From: Armatimonadota bacterium
GTDB taxonomy: Bacteria; Armatimonadota; UBA5829; DTLH01
DNA: 64,000 nt
NCBI GenBank assembly: GCA_038207085.1
Contig: JBBRAE010000011.1
Span: forward strand, 1-64,000
Direction of reading: 5' to 3'
Below are positions 1 to 9,044 of the stretch, piece after piece. Position 1 is the stretch's first letter. Each line of letters begins with the position of its first letter. The position numbers and the translations under genes are program-made. The notes under the pieces are model-generated. The model made no database searches. It was not told where the DNA came from and worked only from the letters and a program-made list of their open reading frames with translations.

Positions 1-142
1 TGAGATGGTTATGCCTGGGGATAACATCTCCATCATCGGCGAGCTGATCGTGCCGATCGCAATGGAAGAGGGTCTTAGGTTCGCTATCCGAGAAGGTGGA
101 CACACCGTCGGAGCTGGCGTTATTAGTACGATTCTTCAGTAG
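1..142 (+). CDS. tuf: Elongation factor Tu, C-terminal part (runs off window start)
   Basis: Frame from nt 2 reads [46 protein letters not shown], the EF-Tu C-terminus; TAG at 140-142. Confidence 0.97.
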   Translation, partial: EMVMPGDNISIIGELIVPIAMEEGLRFAIREGGHTVGAGVISTILQ

Positions 143-235
143 TTATTGGTTATCCGGTGTCAGGGGTGGGGTAGGTTGGGAATATCCTGCATGCCCTTCC
201 CTGACGCAGGAAACCTATTTATCACGGAGTTAAGA

Positions 236-406
236 ATGGCAAAGTCTGGTGGTGAAGTCAGAATAGTAATCTCTCTCGCGTGCCAAGAGTGCAAGAGAAA
301 GAACTACTCGACTACAAAGAACAAGCGGAACGATCCTGACCGTCTTGAGCTCAAGAAATATTGTCCATGGGACGGCAAGCACACAGTTCATCGTGAGGCG
401 AAATAG
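236..406 (+). CDS. rpmG: 50S ribosomal protein L33
   Basis: [60 protein letters not shown] upstream of ATG 236; canonical position after tuf. Confidence 0.96.
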   Translation: MAKSGGEVRIVISLACQECKRKNYSTTKNKRNDPDRLELKKYCPWDGKHTVHREAK

Positions 407-510
407 GTGTTTGCACGGGTGTAGGTTGTGAAGTGTGATGTGTAAAGCGTAGGACTTTAGGGCTGAGGCTTTATACTTCTCACTTCGCGGGTTACACTTG
501 TTTCACTCTC

Positions 511-539
511 TTTGCACGGCGTCGTCATTGTGGTATAAT
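511..539 (+). promoter_or_regulatory. Sigma70-type promoter for tRNA-Trp/secE/nusG
   Basis: TTGCAC-16 nt-TATAAT (534-539), with TG extended -10. Confidence 0.65.
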
Positions 540-579
540 ACCAGAGGCGTATGACGCCATATTAAGAGTTGTTCCACGC

Positions 580-655
580 AGGCCCATAGCTCAGTTGGTA
601 GAGCGCTGGTCTCCAAAACCAGATGTCGTCGGTTCGAGCCCGGCTGGGCCTGCCA
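580..655 (+). tRNA. tRNA-Trp (CCA)
   Basis: AGGCCCA/TGGGCCT acceptor stem, TAGCTCAGTTGGTAGAGC D arm, CTGGT-CTCCAAA-ACCAG anticodon arm, GGTTCGAGCC T arm, encoded CCA end; canonical position before secE. Confidence 0.97.
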
Positions 656-685
656 ATTTTTTGATTAAGAGGACAGTGAATCGTT

Positions 686-982
686 ATGTCTAACGATGTT
701 GTAGCGAAGGGCGCGGCTAAGTCTAAACCTGAGAAGCCGAAAGGCGACAAGTCAAAGGTGGAGAGAGGCGGCGAGGGCTTCTTCGACAAAATAACTAAGT
801 TTGTGCGTGAGTCGTACGTCGAGGTTGTCAAGAAGGCTTCGTGGCCGTCCTGGCCGGAGCTTAAGAAGTTCACTACGGTTGTTATTATTGCCGTTTTGAT
901 TGTGGGCTTCTATATTGGCATCTTGGACTTCGGATTGGGCAAGCTGACCGCTCCGCTGCTTAGGGGCGGCGGCGCACCCTAA
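686..982 (+). CDS. secE: Preprotein translocase subunit SecE
   Basis: E..KKASWPSWPEL motif plus single TM helix; lies between tRNA-Trp and nusG. Confidence 0.93.
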   Translation: MSNDVVAKGAAKSKPEKPKGDKSKVERGGEGFFDKITKFVRESYVEVVKKASWPSWPELKKFTTVVIIAVLIVGFYIGILDFGLGKLTAPLLRGGGAP

Positions 983-996
983 CGAGTGAGATATAG

Positions 997-1524
997 ATGG
1001 CAGAGAAACATTGGTACGCAGTACACACGTACTCGGGCCATGAAAACAAGGTAAAGACGAATATCGAGCGACGGGCCGATTCAATGGGCCTGAAGGAGAA
1101 GATCTCGCGTATTCTCGTCCCGACGGAGCAGGAGCTTCGCACTAGGGCTGGGAAGAAGCAAGAGGTCCAGCGCAAGGTGTTCCCGGGGTACGTGCTCGTT
1201 GAGATGATTCTCGACGACAGTACGTGGCATCTGGTGAAGAGCACGACGGGCGTAACCGGGTTTGTAAGCTCGGGTAATAAGCCTGTAGCGCTGCAGAACT
1301 CCGAAGTGAAGGAGATTCTCGATAGGCTCGAGTCTCCGGAGCGCAAGGTCAAGGTTCCGTGGCAGCGAGATGACGTCGTACGGGTCAATGAAGGCCCATT
1401 CTCCGACTTTACTGGTAAGATAGAAGAGGTCAACCCTCAGAAAGAGACTCTGAAGGTCCTCATATCAATTTTTGGCCGCGATACTCCTGTAGAGTTGGAG
1501 TTTACGCAGGTTGAGCGACTGTAA
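997..1524 (+). CDS. nusG: Transcription termination/antitermination factor NusG
   Basis: WYAVHTYSGHENKVK, FPGYVLVEM, GPFSDFTG, IFGRDTPVEL motifs. Confidence 0.98.
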   Translation: MAEKHWYAVHTYSGHENKVKTNIERRADSMGLKEKISRILVPTEQELRTRAGKKQEVQRKVFPGYVLVEMILDDSTWHLVKSTTGVTGFVSSGNKPVALQNSEVKEILDRLESPERKVKVPWQRDDVVRVNEGPFSDFTGKIEEVNPQKETLKVLISIFGRDTPVELEFTQVERL

Positions 1525-1551
1525 GAGTTCGCGTGGGAGGCAAGGTTTTAG

Positions 1552-1977
1552 ATGGCTAAGAAGGTGCTCGGGGTCGTAAAGCTCCAGATCACGGCGGGAA
1601 AGGCTACACCCGCTCCGCCAGTTGGTCCGGCGCTCGGTCAGTACCAGATCAACATGATGGAGTTTATCAAGTCCTATAACGAGAAGACTGCTCCACAGAT
1701 GGGAACTATTATTCCCGTGGAGATCACAATCTTCGAGGATAGGTCTTTCACGTATATTCTGAAGACCCCTCCGACGGTTGAGCTTTTGAAGAAGGCCGCC
1801 GGTGTCAGCAAGGCAAGCGGAACACCGAACAGCGTCAAGGTCGGCAAAGTGACCATGGATCAGGTTCGTGAGATCGCTCAGGTGAAGATGCCGGATTCAA
1901 ACGCTTCTACGATCGAAACAGAGATGAAGTCTGTTATGGGAACTGCTAGAAGCGCCGGGATCGAAATCGCAGATTAG
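1552..1977 (+). CDS. rplK: 50S ribosomal protein L11
   Basis: [32 protein letters not shown] motifs. Confidence 0.98.
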   Translation: MAKKVLGVVKLQITAGKATPAPPVGPALGQYQINMMEFIKSYNEKTAPQMGTIIPVEITIFEDRSFTYILKTPPTVELLKKAAGVSKASGTPNSVKVGKVTMDQVREIAQVKMPDSNASTIETEMKSVMGTARSAGIEIAD

Positions 1978-2117
1978 TTTTCCGGTCAGGTATTTAGGAG
2001 TCACGGGCTGGGAGACCGGCTTGTGACTCTTAACTTGTGACCGGTAATACGCAGACGGCAGGCTTACAGCCGATATCCCACAAGGGACCTGCGAATCGTG
2101 ATAATTGGAGGAAACCA

Positions 2118-2825
2118 ATGTCAGATAGAGGTAAAAGATACCTCGCAGCCGCCAAGACCGTTGGCGACGGGGCTCCCAAAGAGCCTTTGGAGGCACTGGA
2201 GCTTGTTAAGCAGGCTGCCAATGCAAAGTTTGATGAAACGGTAGATATCGCTTTCAGGCTGGGTGTAGACCCGAGGCACGGCGACCAGATGGTTCGCGGT
2301 TCTACCAACCTGCCCCATGGCACCGGCAAGAGCAAAAAAGTTGCTGTCATTGCCAAGGGTGACAAGGCTGAAGAAGCAAGCGCCGCCGGAGCCGATGTTG
2401 TCGGGGCCGAGGAGCTTGTTCAGCAGATTCAGGGCGGATGGGGCGAGTTCGACGTGCTTCTTGCCACACCCGATGTGATGGGTATGGTTGGAAAGCTCGG
2501 TCCGGTACTTCGAGCTAGAATGCCTAGCCCTAAGGCTGGTACCGTGACGATGGACATCGGTCGAGCCGTTAAGGAGATCAAGTCCGCTTCCCGTGTCGAC
2601 TATCGCGTCGAGAAGGAAGGCATCGTACATTGCCCGATCGGCAAGGTGTCCTACACCGCCGAGCAGCTGACAGAGAACTTTTTGGCGCTCACTAGCGCTC
2701 TACTTCGCGCAAAGCCGTCGGCTGCCAAGGGAAGGTACTTGAAAAGAATCACAGTATCGTCTACAATGGGTCCTGGTGTTGATATAGACACGCAGCGTGC
2801 CCAGGGAATTGCCGAGAAGGCATAG
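2118..2825 (+). CDS. rplA: 50S ribosomal protein L1
   Basis: [50 protein letters not shown] upstream of ATG 2118. Confidence 0.97.
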   Translation: MSDRGKRYLAAAKTVGDGAPKEPLEALELVKQAANAKFDETVDIAFRLGVDPRHGDQMVRGSTNLPHGTGKSKKVAVIAKGDKAEEASAAGADVVGAEELVQQIQGGWGEFDVLLATPDVMGMVGKLGPVLRARMPSPKAGTVTMDIGRAVKEIKSASRVDYRVEKEGIVHCPIGKVSYTAEQLTENFLALTSALLRAKPSAAKGRYLKRITVSSTMGPGVDIDTQRAQGIAEKA

Positions 2826-2877
2826 ATTTTGTGAAGTAGGCCTCTGAATTGAGGACACTGCGCTCTAAACTTAATAG

Positions 2878-3033
2878 TCCGCCACAGACAGCTGGTATCC
2901 GCAAGGATATAATGTCCCGATAGGGGACGCCACCCGAGGCGAGTAAGCTTGCGTTTTGATGGGTTCTTATGATCCCAATAGGCGTATGTGAAGAATACTC
3001 GGGCTTGTCATCTGTCGGTGGCAAGCCCGTTTT
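2878..3033 (+). promoter_or_regulatory. L10 leader (rplJ autoregulatory RNA) followed by a terminator-like hairpin
   Basis: CAGACAGCTGG...TATAAT...CCACCCGAGG resembles the L10-leader core. Downstream CGGGCTTGTCATC-TGTC-GGTGGCAAGCCCG-TTTT (3000-3033) precedes rplJ, as in Bacillus-type attenuation. Confidence 0.7.
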
Positions 3034-3079
3034 GCTTGTTAACGTAAAGACTTTGACCCAGAATGGTGGTGAGATAGTA

Positions 3080-3616
3080 TTGGCAGCAACAAACGAAAAA
3101 GGTCCGGTCGCAGAAAAGATAGCTGAGATTGAGTTTCTTCGAGATATTCTCGAGAGTTCAAAGGGCGCTATCATCGCTGACTACCGTGGTCTCAACGTGA
3201 AGAACATGTCCATCCTGCGCAGAAGGCTTAGGGATACCGACGCCGGCTTCAGGGTTGTCAAAAACACCCTCGTGAAGCGCGCGGCTGCTGGGCTTCCTGT
3301 TGAGAGCCTCGTTTCCGACCTTGAAGGTCCGACCGGTCTTGCTTATACGTCTGGCGATCCTGCGGTCGTTGCAAAGACGATCACGCAGTTCGTCAAAGAG
3401 TTCAAGCTTCCTGTTATTAAGGGAGCGATTGCCGAAGGCTACATTATGGGGCCTACGGAACTGATTGCATTTGCAGCACTTCCGCCGAGGCAGGTTCTCC
3501 TTGCACAGGTTGTTGGTGGACTCCAGGCCCCGGTTTCGGGACTCGTGAGCACGATGCAGCAGCTTTATGGACAGCTCGTATACGCCCTTCAAGGCGTCGC
3601 GGATCAGAAGGCATAG
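3080..3616 (+). CDS. rplJ: 50S ribosomal protein L10
   Basis: DYRGLNV, VVKNTL, LEGPTGLA motifs; probable TTG start at 3080 after GGTGGTGA. Confidence 0.95.
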   Translation: MAATNEKGPVAEKIAEIEFLRDILESSKGAIIADYRGLNVKNMSILRRRLRDTDAGFRVVKNTLVKRAAAGLPVESLVSDLEGPTGLAYTSGDPAVVAKTITQFVKEFKLPVIKGAIAEGYIMGPTELIAFAALPPRQVLLAQVVGGLQAPVSGLVSTMQQLYGQLVYALQGVADQKA

Positions 3617-3767
3617 GCTTTAGTCCGTTCAGTTGGTAAGTAACTAATCTATAAATAGTTTATTTGAGTGAGGTATTGGGTATGGCCTCTAATAGTGCTA
3701 ATATCTCACAGTCATGCGCCGCGCAGGTCCGCCATAGCTAGCGGCATTGACGGAAGGTGAGATTCAC

Positions 3768-4193
3768 ATGGCAACAGTTGAGGAAGTAGTAGGTTCTGTA
3801 CTTGGGCTGTCGAGCGAAGATCGTATCGAAGCTCTGACCCAGGTCGTTGAAGGAATGTCGGTTCTCGATCTTAACACCCTTGTAAAGGGCATGCAGGATC
3901 GTTTCGGCGTGTCGGCCGCTCCGATGGCTATGGCTATGCCTATGGGCGGGGCCGCTGAGGCTGCTCCTGCAGAAGAGGAGCAGACCTCTTTCGACGTTAT
4001 TCTTACGGGAGCTGGCGAGAAGAAGATCAACGTGATCAAGGTTGTCCGCGAGCTTACAAGCCTTGGACTCAAGGAAGCGAAGGATCTCGTAGAGGGAGCC
4101 CCGCAGCCTGTGAAGACGGGCGTTGGCAAGGAAGAGGCAGCAGCTCTGAAGGCCAAGCTCGAAGGCGAAGGCGCTTCAGTCGAGATCAAGTAA
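3768..4193 (+). CDS. rplL: 50S ribosomal protein L7/L12
   Basis: FGVSAA hinge, [41 protein letters not shown] upstream of ATG 3768. Confidence 0.97.
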   Translation: MATVEEVVGSVLGLSSEDRIEALTQVVEGMSVLDLNTLVKGMQDRFGVSAAPMAMAMPMGGAAEAAPAEEEQTSFDVILTGAGEKKINVIKVVRELTSLGLKEAKDLVEGAPQPVKTGVGKEEAAALKAKLEGEGASVEIK

Positions 4194-4353
4194 ATAATCC
4201 TTGCTTTCATTGGAGGATTGACGAATGGGCCTTGTGCCCGATCGGCGGGATATTAGAAGTTGGGGGCTTTTGGCCTCCAGCTTCTAAACCTCCTACCCGC
4301 GGACCCGTGGAGGATCAAAAGATAGAAGCGTGACGTACGTGGAATTGCCGCCC

Positions 4354-4387
4354 AAGGGCAGCGCCTGTTTTGGCCTGTCCCTTTTTT
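4354..4387 (+). terminator. Probable intrinsic terminator after rplL
   Basis: Imperfect AAGGGCAGCGCC...GGCCTGTCCCTT stem followed by a T-tract; a separate 16-bp hairpin lies at 4253-4287. Confidence 0.5.
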
Positions 4388-4440
4388 GCGTGTACCTCGT
4401 ATTATTTCTGGGGATTTTTTACTGTTTCCTGCAAACGCTC

Positions 4441-4469
4441 TTGACCCGGGGCCACTGACCTGCTATTAT
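4441..4469 (+). promoter_or_regulatory. Sigma70-type promoter for rpoBC
   Basis: TTGACC-17 nt-TATTAT, with TG extended -10. Confidence 0.7.
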
Positions 4470-4505
4470 TATATTTTGCGTGTTTTGACTCACCAGGAGG
4501 ACCAG

Positions 4506-7500
4506 ATGAAGGAAATTCAGCATAGAGCCAAGCGTACCCCCCAGGTACAGGAGCTTCCAAACTTGGTTGAATTGCAGCTTGATTCCTACAAGTGGTTTCT
4601 AAGGGAAGGGCTACGGGAGCTTTTCCACAGTTTCTCACCTATCCACGATTTCACAGGCAATCTTTCGCTGGAATTACTCGATTATACCCTAGGGGAACCG
4701 AAATATTCAGTCGAAGAGTGCCGCAACAGAGACATGACCTATGAGGCGCCGATCAAGGTCAAGGTCCGTTTGCAGACCAAAGAAGGCGAGGTTATCGAGA
4801 GCGAAGTGTATCTCGGCGACCTCCCGCTTATGACCGAGAAGGGCACCTTTGTTATAAATGGCGCTGAGAGAGTCGTCGTCAGTCAGTTGGCGAGATCTCC
4901 GGGCGTATATTTCAAAGACACACTCGACTTTTCGGGTCGAGTGCTCTACTTCGCTACGGTTATTCCGAGCGAAGGCGCTTGGGTGGACATTGAAAGCGAC
5001 GCCAGCGAAGTAATCAGCGTGCGAGTGGGCCAGACTAAGAAGTTCCCCCTCACTACGTTGCTTCGGGCGCTGAGCGCGTTCCCTGAGGCCTGCCCTAACA
5101 CCGAAGTTCTTTCGATCAATGGTTCGCTCGGGCGAACGCTTGCTTATCCGATCGTCAACAAGAAAACCGGCGAGGTGCTGGTTGATGTTGGCACGGTTAT
5201 GGATATGGACGTGGTTGCGAGACTCAAGGGTAAAACTGTCGGCGATAAAGTCGAGGTTGATAGCCCATCCAGTCCGTGTGATACCACGGGCGATATTCTT
5301 GAGATGTTCTCGACCAAGTTCAAGATCGATAATCCGACCCGCGAACAGCTTCGTGGGCGAAGGCTCAGCCACGAGATCATCGATCCGAAGACCCAGAAGG
5401 TCCTCGTAAAGGCTTACACCAAGATTACCGAAGAGGCTGCAAAGAAGCTTGAGACATTGAAGCTTCCCGAGGTCGAGGTGCTTGCTGTCAACCGCTACGT
5501 TGAAGCTACTATCGATCAGGACGGCAGCCACAGCAAAGAAGAGGCGCTGATCGACATCTACCATAAGGTAAGGCCTGGCGACCCGGCAACTGCCGACAGC
5601 GCCCGCAGTCTTATCAAGTCGATCTTCTTTGATACTCGCCGCTATGACCTGGCACGGGTTGGACGCTATAAGCTGAATAAGAAGCTGGGCCTCAACCTGC
5701 CGGAGTACGTGCGCACGCTTAGCACAAGAGATCTGCTAAAGGTTATCGAGTATATCATCGGGCTCTCCGAGTCCGGTTCGTTGATTACCCACTTCGACAT
5801 GCCGAAGTTCTACTCAAGGCTCCCTGAAATCGAGGCCGCTTTTGCTGAGGCCGAGAAGACTGCGAGCGACGAGGACAAGGCTCCTTGGGGCAAAATCGAA
5901 ACCATGAATGCGCGGCTTGAGAAGCTTAAGACTGCAAAGCTCGGTTCCATGTGGACCGAGGGCGATCTTAAGGGGATGCGCGAACTGCTCGACCTGATTC
6001 CTAACGGGCGCAGGCTGATTGCGGAGACACCGGCTGACCTGTTCGCTGAAACGGCGATCAGGCTTTCGCCGTGCCAGACCGACGACATCGACCACCTTGA
6101 AAACAAGAGGGTTCGGTCGGTCGGAGAGCTTCTGCAGAGCCAGCTGCGAATGGGCTTCCTCCGAATGGAGAAAGTCGCAAAAGAGCGTATGACGAGCCTT
6201 GACCCTGAGAGCGTTATCCCACAGGTCGTGCTTTCGGTGAAGCCGGTTTCGGCCAGCATCAAGAGCTTCTTTGGCTCGAGCCAGTTGTCTCAGTTTATGG
6301 ACCAGACCAACCCACTAGCCGAGCTTACTCACAAGAGAAGGCTATCGGCTCTTGGACCGGGTGGTCTTACCAGGCAGAGCGCAAAACTCGAAGTCCGAGA
6401 CGTCCACCACAGCCACTACGGCAGGATATGTCCGATCGAGACCCCTGAAGGTCCGAACATCGGTCTTATCGGTTCTATGGCTGTGCACGCGAAGGTCGAC
6501 GAGTATGGGTTCCTTCGTTCACCGTATCGGGTTGTTAAGAGCGGCAAGGTTACTCACGACATCAAGTGGCTTTCAGCCGATGAGGATGACGAGGAGTATC
6601 TGGCGCCGGCGAACACGCCGATCGATCAGAAGACCGGCAAGTTCCTGAGTGACTTGGTGCTTGTTCGCCACAAGGGGCAGTATCCCCAGGTTCCGGCGGA
6701 CAAGGTCACATACGTCGACGTATCGTCGATGCAGATTATGTCTGCCGCGACGTGTATGATCCCGTTCCTTGAGAACGACGACGCAAACCGAGCTCTTATG
6801 GGTTCGAACATGCAGCGCCAGTCGGTTCCGCTGCTTCGTGCGCAGGCTCCGTATGTGCGGACGGGCGTTGAGAAGCGAGCTGCACGGGATTCAGGAGCGG
6901 TTCTCATCAACAAACGCGACGGTGTCGTCAAGAGCGTCACTGCTGAGCGGATTCTTGTTGAGGCGCTCGAGAAATACGCTGACGGCTCACCGATCATCGA
7001 CGAGTATAGAATGCTGAACCTGCTTCGTTCGAACCAGGCGACCTGCATCACGCAGAAGCCGATTGTTAAGAGCGGGCAGAGGGTTCGCGCAGGACAGGTG
7101 ATCGCTGACGGTCCCTGCACCGAAAACGGCGAACTCGCACTCGGCCAGAACGTGCTTGTCGCGTTTATGCCGTGGCACGGTTACAACTACGAAGACGCGA
7201 TCCTCCTTAGCCAGAGGCTGGTAAAGGATGACATATATACTTCTATCCATATAGAGAAGTTCGAGACGGAAGCGAGAGACACCAAGCTCGGACCTGAAGA
7301 GATCACCCGGGACATCCCGAACATCGGCGAGGATATGCTGAAAGACCTCGACGAAAACGGGATCATCCGAATCGGTGCGGAGATTCGACCTGAAGATATT
7401 CTGGTCGGAAAAGTCGCACCGAAGGGACAGGGTGAGCTTACCGCCGAAGAGAGACTGATCATTGCGATCTTCGGTAAGAAGGCCGAGGAAACCCGCGACG

Positions 7501-9044
7501 TGTCGCTGCGAGTCCCTCACGGGGAGAGTGGCAAGATCGTCGATGTCAAGGTGTTCTCAAGGTTCAAGTATAAGTGCGCACGCTGTGCTGCGATATATAA
7601 CTACTCGAAGAAGCCTGAGCGCACGCTCTGCGATCGGTGCGACGGCGAACTTCAGAGAGAGCCCGGAGATGAGCTCCCGGCCGGCGTAAACCAGCTGGTT
7701 CGCGTTTACATCGCCCAGAAGCGAAAGGTGATGGAAGGCGACAAGATGGCCGGACGCCACGGCAACAAGGGTGTTATCTCCAAGATTCTCCCTGTTGAGG
7801 ATATGCCGCACCTGCAGGACGGCACTCCGGTGGATATCGTTTTGAACCCGCTCGGAGTTCCGAGCCGAATGAACATCGGGCAGATTCTTGAGACACACCT
7901 CGGGCTTGTTGGAAGCCACCTCGGTGTTGGTTTCAGAAACCCGATCTTCGAAGGCGCAAAGGAGCAGGAGATCGTCGCTGACCTCAATATCCTTGCCTGG
8001 AAGCTGAGACTTGAGTCGCTTGAGAATTACGTCAAGAGCGAGCTCAATCTCGACATTCCGTTCGTTGGCGGAACAAGGATGAAGGCGCTGATCGATAAGT
8101 GTCTGAAGAACGTTCAGGAAGTCTGGACTGAAGAGGACCTTGAAGTAGCGGTGAGTCCGCTTGCCGACGAGTGGGACCAGTCGATGAATCGCATCCAGGA
8201 GGCCATCAGGGCGCTTGATGCAAGAGGACTTGAGATTCTGTCCTCTCTGGTTGGAGCGCCGCCTGCGGTTGAAGACCCGATGGCGGTCTATGAGTCGAGG
8301 ATTCCTAAGAAGAACTCTGATGAAGAGACTGATGAGGAGTCCGAAGAAGAGACCGTCGAGGTTGAGGTCGAGGACGAAGGTCCCAAGCCTTACGAGGGCG
8401 AGACTCCTGGCGAGTATGACATCACGGATATTATGGCCAGACTACTTTCCAACGTGCACAAGCGCGTGGGGATGGAAGAGGTCGAAGAGATCAGACCGGA
8501 CGGCGCCATCAAGCGTCACCTCAGCGGCAAGATGCAGCTCAGGGACGGACTGACTGGTGTGCTGTTCAACCAGGCGGCTACGGTCGGAATGATCTATATG
8601 CTTAAACTCGCGCACTTGGTAGAAGACAAGATCCATGCGCGCTCTACCGGACCTTACTCGCTTGTCACCCAGCAGCCGCTTGGTGGAAAAGCGCAGTTCG
8701 GTGGACAGAGATTCGGAGAAATGGAAGTTTGGGCGCTCGAAGCTTATGGAGCGGCTTATACTCTCCAGGAGATTCTTACGATCAAGTCAGACGACGTGCT
8801 CGGAAGGGTCAAGACCTACGAATCTATAGTCAAGGGCGACAGCATGCTCGAGCCGGGTGTGCCTGAGTCGTTCAAGATACTTGTTAACGAGCTTCAGAGC
8901 CTTGGACTCAAGGTCACTGTCGAGGACGATCGCGAAAGAGCTATCGACCTCAAGGACAAGGACGACGAGTTCGGCGAGAGTGAGGATGGTCGCATCAACG
9001 CCCGCCGCAAGAGGCAGGCTCTGGAACTCAGGGAGGACTTCTAA
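4506..9044 (+). CDS. rpoB: DNA-directed RNA polymerase beta subunit
   Basis: [64 protein letters not shown] upstream of ATG 4506. Confidence 0.99.
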   Translation: MKEIQHRAKRTPQVQELPNLVELQLDSYKWFLREGLRELFHSFSPIHDFTGNLSLELLDYTLGEPKYSVEECRNRDMTYEAPIKVKVRLQTKEGEVIESEVYLGDLPLMTEKGTFVINGAERVVVSQLARSPGVYFKDTLDFSGRVLYFATVIPSEGAWVDIESDASEVISVRVGQTKKFPLTTLLRALSAFPEACPNTEVLSINGSLGRTLAYPIVNKKTGEVLVDVGTVMDMDVVARLKGKTVGDKVEVDSPSSPCDTTGDILEMFSTKFKIDNPTREQLRGRRLSHEIIDPKTQKVLVKAYTKITEEAAKKLETLKLPEVEVLAVNRYVEATIDQDGSHSKEEALIDIYHKVRPGDPATADSARSLIKSIFFDTRRYDLARVGRYKLNKKLGLNLPEYVRTLSTRDLLKVIEYIIGLSESGSLITHFDMPKFYSRLPEIEAAFAEAEKTASDEDKAPWGKIETMNARLEKLKTAKLGSMWTEGDLKGMRELLDLIPNGRRLIAETPADLFAETAIRLSPCQTDDIDHLENKRVRSVGELLQSQLRMGFLRMEKVAKERMTSLDPESVIPQVVLSVKPVSASIKSFFGSSQLSQFMDQTNPLAELTHKRRLSALGPGGLTRQSAKLEVRDVHHSHYGRICPIETPEGPNIGLIGSMAVHAKVDEYGFLRSPYRVVKSGKVTHDIKWLSADEDDEEYLAPANTPIDQKTGKFLSDLVLVRHKGQYPQVPADKVTYVDVSSMQIMSAATCMIPFLENDDANRALMGSNMQRQSVPLLRAQAPYVRTGVEKRAARDSGAVLINKRDGVVKSVTAERILVEALEKYADGSPIIDEYRMLNLLRSNQATCITQKPIVKSGQRVRAGQVIADGPCTENGELALGQNVLVAFMPWHGYNYEDAILLSQRLVKDDIYTSIHIEKFETEARDTKLGPEEITRDIPNIGEDMLKDLDENGIIRIGAEIRPEDILVGKVAPKGQGELTAEERLIIAIFGKKAEETRDVSLRVPHGESGKIVDVKVFSRFKYKCARCAAIYNYSKKPERTLCDRCDGELQREPGDELPAGVNQLVRVYIAQKRKVMEGDKMAGRHGNKGVISKILPVEDMPHLQDGTPVDIVLNPLGVPSRMNIGQILETHLGLVGSHLGVGFRNPIFEGAKEQEIVADLNILAWKLRLESLENYVKSELNLDIPFVGGTRMKALIDKCLKNVQEVWTEEDLEVAVSPLADEWDQSMNRIQEAIRALDARGLEILSSLVGAPPAVEDPMAVYESRIPKKNSDEETDEESEEETVEVEVEDEGPKPYEGETPGEYDITDIMARLLSNVHKRVGMEEVEEIRPDGAIKRHLSGKMQLRDGLTGVLFNQAATVGMIYMLKLAHLVEDKIHARSTGPYSLVTQQPLGGKAQFGGQRFGEMEVWALEAYGAAYTLQEILTIKSDDVLGRVKTYESIVKGDSMLEPGVPESFKILVNELQSLGLKVTVEDDRERAIDLKDKDDEFGESEDGRINARRKRQALELREDF

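Noticed and set aside
1998..2085. L1-binding leader between rplK and rplA
   Set aside because: Hairpins are present (GAGTCACGGGC/GCTTGTGACTC) but I could not match the L1-site consensus convincingly
146..4505. Extended ORF-track starts for rpmG, rplA, rplJ, rplL and rpoB
   Set aside because: Downstream starts have RBSs and match family N-termini; the extensions run through leader structures or promoters
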